Shown here one piece after another: positions 39,919 through 50,228 of a stretch of DNA of 64,000 nucleotides. The number at the start of each line of letters is the position of its first letter. Position 1 is the stretch's first letter. The notes below the pieces were generated by a model. That model saw only the letters and a program-made list of their open reading frames with translations. It did no database searches and was not told the origin of the DNA. The stretch comes from Candidatus Poribacteria bacterium. Lineage in GTDB: Bacteria > Poribacteria > WGA-4E > PCPOR2b. Where the stretch lies: the NCBI GenBank assembly GCA_965215015.1, contig OZ244042.1:3968001-4032000 (forward strand), read 5' to 3'. The position numbers were made by a program, and so were the translations under genes.

Positions 39919-40248
39919 TTGCTTTTGCTGCACAAGAACTTGGCGGAGTTATAGTAGGATTTACTAGGGTCATTTAATTCTGCCATATTATTGTCTGAAT
40001 CAGGGATGAACACTGATTGACGGATGACACGGATAAAAGACTGTCTGGACAACTGGCATAAGCAGGCACCATGAAAGCGCGCTTACAAACAGGGGGGCAT
40101 GAGCCAAAACCGAAAACTAAATAGCCCGAAGGCTTTACAAATTTCAGTGACAAACATAATAAGATATGCTATCATTGCAGGCAATTTTAATCTCTGAACT
40201 GTTGTGGGTGAGCCTTGCTCACTCAATCTATAGAAAGGTGACGCCTGA

Positions 40249-42381
40249 ATGATTGAACGAGTAAAGAATGACCGTCAAATTTGGTTACAATTCTGCTTTA
40301 TATTTTATTTTGCCATCACCGCTTTCCCACTATTTGCACAAACGTCATTTAACCTTCGTGGTTTTACCCCTGCACACTCAATTGTACAAAAAAAATATGA
40401 AGAGGTATTTAAGCGGCTCACCTCTTCCGAAATATGTCGGCAGGAATTGCGGCGTTTAACGGAAGCCCCGCACCTTGCCGGAACGGAGAACAGTTATAAA
40501 GTCGCACAATATCTCTATAATAAGTATCAGGAATACGGATTGGACGCGCAGATCTATGAATACGAGGTCTATCTTCCATACCCAATCGAAGTTCGTGTGG
40601 AAATGATTTCACCAACTCATTATCTCGCAGTTGGAAAGGAAGAAAGCTGGGAGTGGGATAAGGATTCCTACGAAACGAACATCGTAGCAGGTTATAACGC
40701 CTATTCGCCGGACGGTGATGTGACCGCTGATCTGATTTATGTGAACAGAGGTCTACCTGATGATTATCGGAAACTAGCGGAGATGGGGATTTCCGTCGAA
40801 GGCAAAATCGCTATCGCAAAGTATGGGGGTAGCTATCGAGGGGTTAAAGCGAAGGTTGCAGGGGAACAGGGTGCCGTCGGTCTGATCATCTATTCGGACC
40901 CAGCAGACGATGGATATATGAAGGGCGATGTTTACCCACGCGGCCCTTGGCGGTCGGCGGATGCGATTCAACGAGGGACAGTCAAATATATTTTTCAGCA
41001 CGCCGGCGATCCGCTGACCCCCGGGTGGGCATCAACGAAAGATGCACATCGTATTCCAATTGCAGAGGCTACAGATCTCCCTCAAATTCCTGTTGCCCCA
41101 CTGGCTTACCGAGATGCAGAACCGTTGCTCAAAGCATTAGCAGGACCCAATGTTCCTGAAGGTTGGCAGGGAGGCCTGCCTTTCGCATACCACATCGGTC
41201 CGGGGCCCGCGAAAGTTCACCTTAAGGTCCGCAGTGAGCATAAGAATCGCCCAATTTACAATGTTATCGCCAAGCTAGGGGGGGTAGAAAACCCGGACCA
41301 GTGGGTGATACTTGGTAACCACCACGACGCTTGGGTTTACGGTGCTGCGGATCCAGGTAGCGGCACCGTTAGTCTCTTGGAAGTAGCACGCTGTCTTGGA
41401 CAACTCGCAAAGGAAGGGTATCATCCCAAACGCACCATTGTCTTTGCAAGTTGGGACGCCGAGGAATTCGGCATCCTCGGTTCAGCTGAGTGGGCAGAAG
41501 ATTTAAGAGATGAGCTTCAGCAGAAGGCGATTGCGTACTTGAATGTCGATATTGCAACAACGGGACAGAAGTTTTACGCTAGTGCTGTGCCCTCACTCAA
41601 GCCGCTAGTGAGAGAGGTCACGCAAGCTGTTATAGATCCTCAGACCCATCAAACAATTTATGAGGTATGGCGGCAGAATCAGGAAAACTATGTTCCGTGG
41701 GTTGGCAATCTCGGCAGCGGATCTGACCATTCCCCCTTTATCGGCCATCTTGGGATTCCCTCCATCAGCATGGGATTTTACGGCCCCTATGGTGTCTATC
41801 ATGCCATGCAGGACACCCTCTACTGGATGGAGCGTTTTGGCGATCCAACGTTTCGGTATCACGTGGCGATGGCACAAATCTGGGGAATAATAGCGTTACG
41901 CCTTGCGAATGCAGATATTTTGCCATTTGACTACGCAGCGTACGCTGGCGAACTCCTCAGCTATCTAAAAGCACTACAAAACGAAAATAAACATAGCACT
42001 ATTACAAAGAACAGCCCCGAGCGGCTCCGGGCATTACTCAGGGAGTGGGAAAAAATTGCAGCGGATCTTCACCGTGCCCTTGCGACTCGGCTCGAAAATG
42101 GGGAGCTAGTCGAAACTGCAGCGATTAATCGCAGTTTACAGGGCTTAGAGCAAATATTAACCTCGGCCTCGGGATTGCGGTTGCGCCCGTGGTTTAAGCA
42201 TCTGGCTTATGCGCCCGGGCTCAACAGTGGATATGCTGCAACCATTTTTCCGGGGATTCAGGACGCGCTTGAAATGGACGATGAGGAACAGGCATCAATC
42301 GAAGTAGGGCGTCTGGCGGAGGTATTTCAACAGATGATTGAGGCACTAAAGCAGATTGCTGATGTAAGTGATAACCTGTAA
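40249..42381 (+). CDS. M28B peptidase, glutamate carboxypeptidase II/NAALADase-like (PA + M28 + TfR-dimerisation domains)
   Basis: Signal peptide, PHLAGT, YSDPADDG, GDPLTPG, GNHHDAW, ADPGSG, WDAEEFG, GSDH, YH, WFKHL. Confidence 0.92.
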   Translation: MIERVKNDRQIWLQFCFIFYFAITAFPLFAQTSFNLRGFTPAHSIVQKKYEEVFKRLTSSEICRQELRRLTEAPHLAGTENSYKVAQYLYNKYQEYGLDAQIYEYEVYLPYPIEVRVEMISPTHYLAVGKEESWEWDKDSYETNIVAGYNAYSPDGDVTADLIYVNRGLPDDYRKLAEMGISVEGKIAIAKYGGSYRGVKAKVAGEQGAVGLIIYSDPADDGYMKGDVYPRGPWRSADAIQRGTVKYIFQHAGDPLTPGWASTKDAHRIPIAEATDLPQIPVAPLAYRDAEPLLKALAGPNVPEGWQGGLPFAYHIGPGPAKVHLKVRSEHKNRPIYNVIAKLGGVENPDQWVILGNHHDAWVYGAADPGSGTVSLLEVARCLGQLAKEGYHPKRTIVFASWDAEEFGILGSAEWAEDLRDELQQKAIAYLNVDIATTGQKFYASAVPSLKPLVREVTQAVIDPQTHQTIYEVWRQNQENYVPWVGNLGSGSDHSPFIGHLGIPSISMGFYGPYGVYHAMQDTLYWMERFGDPTFRYHVAMAQIWGIIALRLANADILPFDYAAYAGELLSYLKALQNENKHSTITKNSPERLRALLREWEKIAADLHRALATRLENGELVETAAINRSLQGLEQILTSASGLRLRPWFKHLAYAPGLNSGYAATIFPGIQDALEMDDEEQASIEVGRLAEVFQQMIEALKQIADVSDNL

Positions 42382-42446
42382 TTTTTAAGCAGGGTTCAAC
42401 CATGTATTGCACAGCTGCAAGCTCAACATCTCTCAGTGATTATTTT

Positions 42447-43352
42447 CTACAGCACCTTGCTTCCCTGCATAAATGTTGCACAAATCTTTGCGCCGGCGGT
42501 GTGTGCATAAAATGAGATGGGTCCAACCCACGCAATCTCACAACGCGGGTAGCCACGAACTTTCATATCTTGGAGACAGCGGAGAAAAAGGGCCTTCCCG
42601 ATTCCCAAGCCGCGCAACGATTCTTCCACGCCTGTGGGTCCGAACCCGCCGCGAAACATTGTTACATCGTAGGTGGCGAAACCACAGATATTGCCATTTA
42701 CATCAAGGGCAATAAATGTTGTCACCGGCGTATTTTCCAGCGAATTGCACGCTTCCGTTGTCCAGTTTTGGCTCCAAGTTCCTAACATCCACTCGTAAAA
42801 TGTCTGCTCCTCTTCGCTCTCCAGACGCCTTATTTTGAAGCCTTCTCTCGCTAGTTTTGACTCTACCTGTGTGGTGTCAAAATGATTTCTCGTCAGGTCT
42901 ACCTCCATGTTGTGGACATAGTGCTCAGCGATGTAGTCGTGCGATTGAAGGAAGCAGAGTGCTTCGGTATAACGTGGGTCTAAGCCCGGCATGAAATAGC
43001 ACGGTGAGCAATTCAGGATACGCACACGCTCTGCACCGTCCGATCGAAAAAGTGCCTCTATTTCCGCCAACATCATGCTTCCAAGCCCTGATCTGCGGTG
43101 TTCCTGATCCACAGCGAAGAGTTTCAAGCATCCCTCGTTTCCACGCAACACGCCAATCATAAAGCCGATTGTTTTCCTGTTGTCACGCAAGAGAAAGCCG
43201 TGATCAGGTAGATAATCGGGGTCGTCGAAAATCCGCCTTTGCAGAATTCCCTTCTCAAACTGACCCGAATGAAATTCAAAGTTTCTGTTGCAAAAGGCAG
43301 TCAATTCGTCAAGATGCTGCGGTTGGAGTTCAACAAAGTGTGGCATCGGCAT
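42447..43352 (-). CDS. Tandem-GNAT N-acetyltransferase
   Basis: Two acetyl-CoA motifs, RRSGLGS and RGLGIGKAL. Confidence 0.87.
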   Translation of the reverse strand: MPMPHFVELQPQHLDELTAFCNRNFEFHSGQFEKGILQRRIFDDPDYLPDHGFLLRDNRKTIGFMIGVLRGNEGCLKLFAVDQEHRRSGLGSMMLAEIEALFRSDGAERVRILNCSPCYFMPGLDPRYTEALCFLQSHDYIAEHYVHNMEVDLTRNHFDTTQVESKLAREGFKIRRLESEEEQTFYEWMLGTWSQNWTTEACNSLENTPVTTFIALDVNGNICGFATYDVTMFRGGFGPTGVEESLRGLGIGKALFLRCLQDMKVRGYPRCEIAWVGPISFYAHTAGAKICATFMQGSKVL

Positions 43353-43412
43353 TCTCCTAGCGATTGATTCTTTAGTTTCGCCCCGGGTTGCAATCCTATA
43401 CAGATTTATCGG

Positions 43413-44867
43413 TTAAATCTCAGGAAAGACGTTACAGCCATCGGGAGCTGTCCAACGATCCGGCGCATCTTCTGTGAAAGTGAGAGTGTGAGTATTCTCA
43501 CCAAATTCTTCAAGGACTTGGTAGTCATTCTGAGTCGTTTGGAGCGTGTGAAGCACTGTTTTACCAGACCAACCCGCTCTGACTTCGGCCAGTCGTTCAT
43601 CTCGAATACTTGAATAAGTGGTATCATCCGCGAGGTCGTTCCACTCACCGGGGTCAGTTTCGAGATTGAACATTTGCGGCTGATCATACCCGTGATAGTA
43701 GTTCAGTTTCCACCGCCCGCGACGAATCATCCGAGCGGGGGAATCGTTCTGGAGACCACCCAACTCTGCAAACACTGTATTGTGCCAATTGGAAACCTCT
43801 CCATTGCTAACCAAAAATTCTTTGAGGCTGTGCCCCCGCACACCGAACATTGGTTTGCCTCCTGCGATATCAACGAGGGTCGGTCCAATATCAAGTAAGC
43901 TAGTTACATCAGAAATTGTTCGACCTTCGGCAAATTGTCCGGGCAACGAAAAGATGAGTGGTACACCAACCGAGCCTTGATAGAAACTTGACTTCCACCA
44001 CATCCGATGCTCACCTGCCATTTCGCCGTGATCGGAGGTATAGATGATTAGTGTGTTCTTGCCAAAACGGGTGTCCGCTAGCGTGGATAGAATCTTTCCA
44101 ATTTGTTCGTCCATGAATGTTACTAGACCGTAGTATGCCGCACGGGCGATTCGTACCTGCTCGTTTGTCAGCTCATCTACTCGGCGATGCTCCCGCCACG
44201 CTTTCATGAAGGGGTGGAGCGAATCATGATATCCATGAGGGAGCTGTGGCACATCAATCTTCTCAAAATATTCGTCGAAGAGCCGCTTCGGTGCAATGAA
44301 AGGACAGTGTGGTAGCACATATCCAACCGTCATAAAAAAGGGGCAATCTCTCGGGTTTTTGTCCAACGACTCAAGGAATTGGCAGCCGACCTGTGTGACA
44401 TCTTCATCATAGCGAGAATAGGCGGTACGTCCCGGTCCTGCAACCTTGACCCCGGCAGCGGTTTGACCCGCTGTGTAAGAGGGAATGTGCCCCAATTGTG
44501 GGCTGATATCCCCGATAATTCGTCGTTCAAAACCGTGTCGTTGATTGGGACCGTTAAAATGCATACGTCCACACAAAACCGTTTCGTAACCGGCATTGAC
44601 AAGGTGATGGACGAAGGTGGGTATGTCGGATTGGAGACGGCAACGATTGGTCCAGACGCGGATATCTGAGCTATGCCGGCTAGTCAAGAATGTCATCCGC
44701 GAAGGTACGCACAGGGGATTGGCACAGTGATTATTGGCAAAGCGAACACCATGCGCCGCCAATTGGTCGAGCGTTGGGGTCCGCACGACTTCATCTCCGG
44801 CACACCCGAGGAAATGAGGGTTATGCTGGTCTGACATAATCAGCAGAATGTTTGGAGAGTTTGTCAT
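43413..44867 (-). CDS. Sulfatase (choline-sulfatase-like)
   Basis: PNILLIMSDQH, CVPSR (CxPxR), GRMHF, PHCPF, SDHGEM. Confidence 0.93.
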   Translation of the reverse strand: MTNSPNILLIMSDQHNPHFLGCAGDEVVRTPTLDQLAAHGVRFANNHCANPLCVPSRMTFLTSRHSSDIRVWTNRCRLQSDIPTFVHHLVNAGYETVLCGRMHFNGPNQRHGFERRIIGDISPQLGHIPSYTAGQTAAGVKVAGPGRTAYSRYDEDVTQVGCQFLESLDKNPRDCPFFMTVGYVLPHCPFIAPKRLFDEYFEKIDVPQLPHGYHDSLHPFMKAWREHRRVDELTNEQVRIARAAYYGLVTFMDEQIGKILSTLADTRFGKNTLIIYTSDHGEMAGEHRMWWKSSFYQGSVGVPLIFSLPGQFAEGRTISDVTSLLDIGPTLVDIAGGKPMFGVRGHSLKEFLVSNGEVSNWHNTVFAELGGLQNDSPARMIRRGRWKLNYYHGYDQPQMFNLETDPGEWNDLADDTTYSSIRDERLAEVRAGWSGKTVLHTLQTTQNDYQVLEEFGENTHTLTFTEDAPDRWTAPDGCNVFPEI

Positions 44868-44917
44868 GTCAAAACCTCAATTTAAAGATGAACCTTCGGG
44901 TGGATGGGAGGTTTCCC

Positions 44918-45769
44918 TCAAACGCCATCTCCTGCCAACACGAATCGTTCCAAAGCCGTTGCAACGCCATCCGCATCGTTTGAGGCAGTCACGTGGAATC
45001 CCTGTTGTTTTAATGCTTTGTCTGCATTCTCCATGATCACGCCCGTTCCTGCGAATTTCAACATATCGAGATCGTTATAGTTGTCTCCTATTGCGAGGAT
45101 TTCCGATGGGTGTATCTCCATCTGTTCGACAAGGTAGCGTAGTGGCAGATCTTTGCCAACCGTTGCGTGGGAAAGACCGAGAAAGGCGTGTCGTCCGTTA
45201 TTGATGGTTACAAGGATTGGTTTGACCTTTCCGTTTAAGCGCCTCTGAAAAATTGCAGCGATCTCATTCGCTTTCTTTCCAGGGACGACAGAGATGACTT
45301 CAATCACGTCGCCCTGCAGATCTGCTGCAAGATTATCGACCCATTTCAGGTGGGCTTGATTATCCCGAAGATATTCACGTTCCCAGCCATCAAGTTGCTC
45401 GCCGTAGTCCTCAACAAAAATATTTGCTGAATCCTGCGTTCCTTCAAAAACAACTGGACGGAGCCCAAGTTCCTTTGCAATCTGGACTACCTTTTTCGCA
45501 ACGGTACAGGGCAGCAATTGGTGGTGAAGAAGCTCGCCGTTGAGACGCTTGAGGATTGCGCCGTTATGTGCCGCCAACAATATCTCTGGGAACTCAAGTT
45601 GTAAGACCCTCGGTTTTGCTGTGATGAAACGCCGTCCGGTTGCAACGACAATGGTTGCCCCTGTTTGGGCGACGCGATGTACAACTTCCTTTGTACGCGT
45701 TGTAATTTTTCCGCTGGAATCGGCGAGTGTACCGTCAATGTCCAAGGCAATCAGCTTATATTTTTTCAT
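44918..45769 (-). CDS. Cof-type HAD IIB hydrolase
   Basis: DIDGTL, ATGR, HNGA, GDNYNDLDML. Confidence 0.93.
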   Translation of the reverse strand: MKKYKLIALDIDGTLADSSGKITTRTKEVVHRVAQTGATIVVATGRRFITAKPRVLQLEFPEILLAAHNGAILKRLNGELLHHQLLPCTVAKKVVQIAKELGLRPVVFEGTQDSANIFVEDYGEQLDGWEREYLRDNQAHLKWVDNLAADLQGDVIEVISVVPGKKANEIAAIFQRRLNGKVKPILVTINNGRHAFLGLSHATVGKDLPLRYLVEQMEIHPSEILAIGDNYNDLDMLKFAGTGVIMENADKALKQQGFHVTASNDADGVATALERFVLAGDGV

Positions 45770-45771
45770 GA

Positions 45772-46707
45772 TTAATTCGCCTTGTTAAGCAACTCCGCCT
45801 GCGCGGTCAATACCGTTTCGATCGGCAACTGTTCGTCCCCCTTGGCGGTACTACATTTCGTGCCAAGAAATATCGGTTGAGAACTTGAGGCTAGCACAGA
45901 AGCGCAGTCCATGGCATCTTCTTCAGTGAAGCCACTCTGGGGATCGAGGTGCGAATTGTGAGAGTCCATGAATCCATCCGCCGAATGACCGGCTCCGGAC
46001 AATATCACACCTGACAGTGGTACTTCCGATTCCAGAATCTGGTGTATACCCGATAGTGGTCCATCGCCGTTGACTAGCAGGCGTCCCCAATTCACCATAA
46101 GCGCGACAGGATGCCCTGATACGTTCTTCCGGTTTACGGAGGATAGAATTTGGATAAGATCTGGTAAGGCCAGTGAAGCCTTCTTGGCTGCGGGGAACGG
46201 TATCGGATGGTCCAACGGGAGACTGTCCGTCACTTCCACTGCCAAGGTGGTGTCCGGCAGAATAGCAGCGGCTAATTGGTGTAAGTCAGTCAAACTCTTA
46301 TGGAAGGCGATAGCGTGTGGTATGGTTTCCCCGGAACGTCCCCCGGTGTGGACGAAGACATTACGGATACAGATACCCCCCTCGGATAACGCCATACATT
46401 GCTGCAAAGATGAGCAGGCATCTACCATCGCAGCTTGACGAGACGATTCCTCCAGCGCGGACAGACCGTATGCTGGGTTTTTCTGCCCAACTGTTGCCCA
46501 TTGCGCCACAAGGGTGACCACAAGCGAAGCGGACAGATTGGTGAATGCCTCAATTAACTCCGGTGCTAACGGTACGCCAGCCAAAATTGGAACTTCAAAG
46601 GTGTTGATATTCCATTCTTCCACTGCTTTGCGATACCAATCCGCCTGTTCGGTTGGAGAAAGCGTTCCAACGATGGTATATGCTCCTAGAACTTTTTGGG
46701 TAATCAT
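45772..46707 (-). CDS. Probable DUF4862-like TIM-barrel protein
   Basis: LGAY, YGLS, VNWGR, DSH pattern recalled from the family; not verified by a search. Confidence 0.55.
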   Translation of the reverse strand: MITQKVLGAYTIVGTLSPTEQADWYRKAVEEWNINTFEVPILAGVPLAPELIEAFTNLSASLVVTLVAQWATVGQKNPAYGLSALEESSRQAAMVDACSSLQQCMALSEGGICIRNVFVHTGGRSGETIPHAIAFHKSLTDLHQLAAAILPDTTLAVEVTDSLPLDHPIPFPAAKKASLALPDLIQILSSVNRKNVSGHPVALMVNWGRLLVNGDGPLSGIHQILESEVPLSGVILSGAGHSADGFMDSHNSHLDPQSGFTEEDAMDCASVLASSSQPIFLGTKCSTAKGDEQLPIETVLTAQAELLNKAN

Positions 46708-46754
46708 TCTGTTGTCCTTTCATAATAGAGATGGACCATGTTAGGAAGGAAAAA

Positions 46755-46783
46755 ATCGTAACAGACTCCCGCTTTTTTGTCAA
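46755..46783 (-). promoter_or_regulatory. sigma70 promoter of the four-gene operon 46707-42447
   Basis: TTGACA-N17-TACGAT with extended -10 TG. Confidence 0.62.
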
Positions 46784-46914
46784 GTGTTTTCCCCCAAATC
46801 TCTTGTTTGCCCTAATTTTTCAAGAGTAGGACTTAGGCAGTTGAGCCCTCGAATCCAACACCAGAAAATGTCGCGCAATGTTCATGATCGGTTGAGCCCT
46901 GACTATTGCGCTAG

Positions 46915-47233
46915 GCCGATAGATTTATCTTTGGGATATACTTTGCTTTCGCATTTTTTTTGAAATCGTAGACAAAATGGGGTATACTTATCTTGTCTTT
47001 CGTGGGAGATTTTCACCCCTATCGCACGATGGGGGTTCCCACACCCTCGTGAAATAGGTACGAAAGATAGAAAGCCCCTCTGATGAAAACCTACAATTTC
47101 AAGATGTATAGCCCTCACGGCAACCGTAAATTGCAAAAAACGATTGATGCCCACGCTGAAGTCTGGATAGAGCAATTCTAAGTCTAAAGGAATAAGTAAG
47201 AATCCCAACCCTTTTGGCTTGGGAATATGTTAA
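46915..47233 (+). mobile_element. Internally deleted IS605-family tnpB element
   Basis: Left hairpin-like ccgatagatttatctttggg, promoter TTGAAA-N17-TATACT (46960-46988), structured leader, tnpB stub, right end gaatcccaacccttttggcttgggaatatgttaa. Confidence 0.7.
47083..47181 (+). pseudogene. tnpB: tnpB N-terminal stub (32 aa)
   Basis: MKTYNFKMYSPHGNRKLQKTIDAHAEVWIEQF* resembles the IS605 OrfB N-terminus (KTYxFKLY...L...I....VWN). Confidence 0.68.
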
Positions 47234-47355
47234 ATAATAAGAGATATATTGGTGCACACCCCTTACTTTAATTGGAAAGAGGCTGCCGACACCAGCTGAC
47301 CTCTATTAACCCCAAAGGGTAATAAATCGATTTGAGGACAGAAGAGGAATAATAG

Positions 47356-47777
47356 ATGCACCGCAGATACAATCTCGCACATTTGATTTTAGCTGGCGTT
47401 GTAGTGTTAGGTCTAATACTGCTGATGGTATGCGTTGAGGCACAGGCACGGCTTGCCTTCGTGTCTAATGGGGAGGGCACGTTATAACTAATGACCTCTA
47501 CGTGATGGGTGCCGATGGGCAGAACCCCTCGTTGGGGTTGCGCTGCTCCGGTCCAAAGCAGATCGGGAACTCTCGGAGTGGAGTACGGAAAAGGCGGGGA
47601 ATCGGTAAGGCACTTGTCGCGACAGCTATCAGGCATTATCAAGGAAAGACCTCAGAGATCCAAGTCGGCACCCAAGCGAAGAACCTTGGGGGGATTCAGC
47701 TCTATACCCGTATGGGATTTTCGGTTGTCCGTTCTGAGCTCTCGTTTCATCAACACTCCGAGACGATTGAAAATTGA
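47356..47777 (+). pseudogene. Chimeric remnant: TolB/PD40-like N-terminus joined to a WecD-like GNAT C-terminus
   Basis: MHRRYNLAHLILAGVVVLG...AQARLAFVS* (stop at 47485); then DLYVMGADGQNP; then RGIGKAL...VGTQAKN...LYTRMGF...FH. Confidence 0.65.
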
Positions 47778-47960
47778 AGATAAATTCAACGCTAAGACAC
47801 TATAAAAAAGAACACCTGCGTTAAGAAATCGTGCAACCCCTGGGGTTGCCCTGTTTAACCGTCCATGTTTTGGGGTGGTTTATTTTATGTATCACGTTTC
47901 AACCTATCTTTACGGTTTTCTTTGTGTCCTTGCGTTAAATTCGTGTTAGGGAGGGGCGAT

Positions 47961-48905
47961 ATGAAAATTTTAGTGACCGGGGGTGCCGGGTTCATCGGTT
48001 CGCATCTGGTTGATAGGTTGCTCCAACTCGGACACGAAGTGGTTGTCGTTGACAATTTGGCGACCGGATACCGACACAACCTCAACCCGCGTGCGAGATT
48101 TTACGAAGTGTCCCTCTTGGATTCGGAGCTCGATAAAATCTTTCAGCGAGAGCAACCGGATATTGTCAACCACCATGCGGCACAAAACGGTGTCAGCCGA
48201 TCCAATGCCGATCCGGCTCTTGATGCCCAACACAACATTATTGGCTCGATTCGCCTTATCCAGTGTTGCATCGAGCATAGCGTGAAAAAGGTGATTTACG
48301 CCTCTAGTGGTGGCACCGTCTATGGGGAACCCATCTATCTCCCCGTTGATGAAGCGCACCCCATCGCCCCGATTTCTCCCTACGGGATTAGTAAACACAC
48401 CGTTGAGCATTACCTGTTTCTCGCGTCAGTCAACGCAGGACTCAACTACACCGTTTTGCGTTACGCCAACATCTACGGACCTCGGCAAAATCTACACAGT
48501 GACGCGGGGGTGATTGCCATCTTTGCTCAGTCAATACTGAAAGGAATCCCTCCAACCATCTATGGGGATGGCAGCTCCACGCGGGACTATCTCTTTATTT
48601 CGGATGCGATTACGGCAAATCTGCTGGCTCTTGAGAGGGGCGACCAAGAGATCTATCATGTCAGCACCGGTCGGCAAACCCGTCTCAATGAGCTCTTTTG
48701 TCGATTGAAACAGATTCTCGGTTCTATCATGGGGTGTAAGGACATCGTTGAAATGTCTCCTGTGTATGCGGAGCCAAGGCTTGGCGAAATTCATCGCATC
48801 GCCCTCAGCCCTGCAAAAATTCAGAGGGATTTGGAGTGGAGGTCTCAGACATCTTTCCAAGACGGTTTGGAACAGACTGTTCTGTACTGCCATGAATCCG
48901 ATTAA
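47961..48905 (+). CDS. NAD-dependent epimerase/dehydratase (UDP-glucose 4-epimerase-like)
   Basis: TGGAGFIG, HHAAQ, SSGG, YGISK, RYANIYGPRQ, RDY. Start ATG 47961. Confidence 0.92.
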   Translation: MKILVTGGAGFIGSHLVDRLLQLGHEVVVVDNLATGYRHNLNPRARFYEVSLLDSELDKIFQREQPDIVNHHAAQNGVSRSNADPALDAQHNIIGSIRLIQCCIEHSVKKVIYASSGGTVYGEPIYLPVDEAHPIAPISPYGISKHTVEHYLFLASVNAGLNYTVLRYANIYGPRQNLHSDAGVIAIFAQSILKGIPPTIYGDGSSTRDYLFISDAITANLLALERGDQEIYHVSTGRQTRLNELFCRLKQILGSIMGCKDIVEMSPVYAEPRLGEIHRIALSPAKIQRDLEWRSQTSFQDGLEQTVLYCHESD

Positions 48906-48949
48906 ATTTTCAGGTGTATGTTAAGAAATCGTGAGCCGGCGTCGGACTT

Positions 48950-49761
48950 TCATACAACCTCTTTCTCGGGGCGTTGGAGGTCCACCCAATTTTTGCCGGC
49001 ATCTACGCCACAACAGAGGATGCTGTTCTGATTCCACCCTTCGTGAGCAATCACATCTGTCGAAGCGTAGCGCATTGTCAGTCCGCAACGGCGACGATTG
49101 GAGTTGTTGCGCGGAGAACCGTGCAGCAATAGGTCGGAATGCAGGGAAATTTCACCTGCTTTTAACTCGGTAGGAACGGACTCAGCGCGAATCTCTGTGG
49201 CTTCGGCTGTTCGGTATAGCACATTGTCCTCAGCGGGATCGCTGGCGTGATGTTTTAGCTCTCCGCGGCGATGGGATCCAGGGATAAATTGCATACAGGC
49301 GTTTTCGGTATCCGCATCATCAATGGCAAGCCAAACGGTAACGGTCTTTGAAGGGGTAAGGGGCCAGTAATGTGCATCTTGATGCCATGAGACCGTTTTT
49401 CCATCGCCGGGCATCTTGCAGAAATAATGCGTTCCCCAGCAGACAAAGTTCGGTCCGAGTAAATCTTGAACATATTCCAAGATGATTGGATTCACGACAA
49501 GGTCGTAGATACCCTGGCAGTGTTTATGATAGCCGTTGATTGAGTAGCTACTTTTGTCGGTTCGAGATTCGCGAGTAACTTATCGAGATATTGTCGGTTC
49601 GCAGTTATTTCTTCGTTATTGAAAATGCGAAATCCTTTTAGATAGCCATTCTGATTGTAAAATTCGATCTGTTCTTGGGAAAGCCGCCGCGGATGCTGAC
49701 ATTTAGATGGATAGAATCTCAAATCTCTTTTGAGATTGGGCCATGTGTTGTCATTTGCCAT
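48950..49761 (-). pseudogene. PhyH-family Fe/2OG dioxygenase split by one frameshift near 49555-49565
   Basis: ORF 49761-49492 (LSQEQIEFYNQNGY) continues in another frame as DKSSYSINGYHKHCQGIYDLVVNP into 49495-48950 (WHQD, WLAID, PGSH, LLHGS). Confidence 0.8.
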
Positions 49762-49866
49762 AATTCCTATTACCTCTTTTTTTCGATAGAGATTTTCTAT
49801 TTTCGCTACGCGCCAAAGTATACACGATGTAGAACTAAATCAGAAGTGTATTTTTGAAAATCCACA

Positions 49867-50151
49867 ATGACTATCCAAGAATTTCAAAGTCTTATTGAGC
49901 AAATCTACTATGATCGAGATGCTGACCGTGGTGTAGAAGGCACATTTGTTTGGTTCGTTGAGGAGGTTGGAGAACTCGCCAAAGAGATTCGACGCGAGCA
50001 ACGGGATATGGAACGGCTCCGTGCTGAGTTTGCCGATGTATTTGCGTGGCTATCAACACTCGCTAGCTTGCTCGGTGTCAATCTGACCGAAGCTGCAAAA
50101 ATTTACGCCGATGGCTGTCCCAAGTGCCAATCGACGCCCTGCGCCTGTTAA
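49867..50151 (+). CDS. MazG-like nucleotide pyrophosphohydrolase
   Basis: EEVGELA, EFADV, C-terminal CPKC...CAC. Confidence 0.88.
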   Translation: MTIQEFQSLIEQIYYDRDADRGVEGTFVWFVEEVGELAKEIRREQRDMERLRAEFADVFAWLSTLASLLGVNLTEAAKIYADGCPKCQSTPCAC

Positions 50152-50228
50152 ATGAATTAGCAGCGTTGCACCATTTCTCTGAATGTCTGAGTCAACATAT
50201 ATTTTGAGGGATTTTCAAGGAGGTCACC

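Noticed and set aside
40249-42381. GCPII-like peptidase as a eukaryote-to-bacterium transfer
   Set aside because: This architecture is widespread in bacteria, so it is not unusual by itself.
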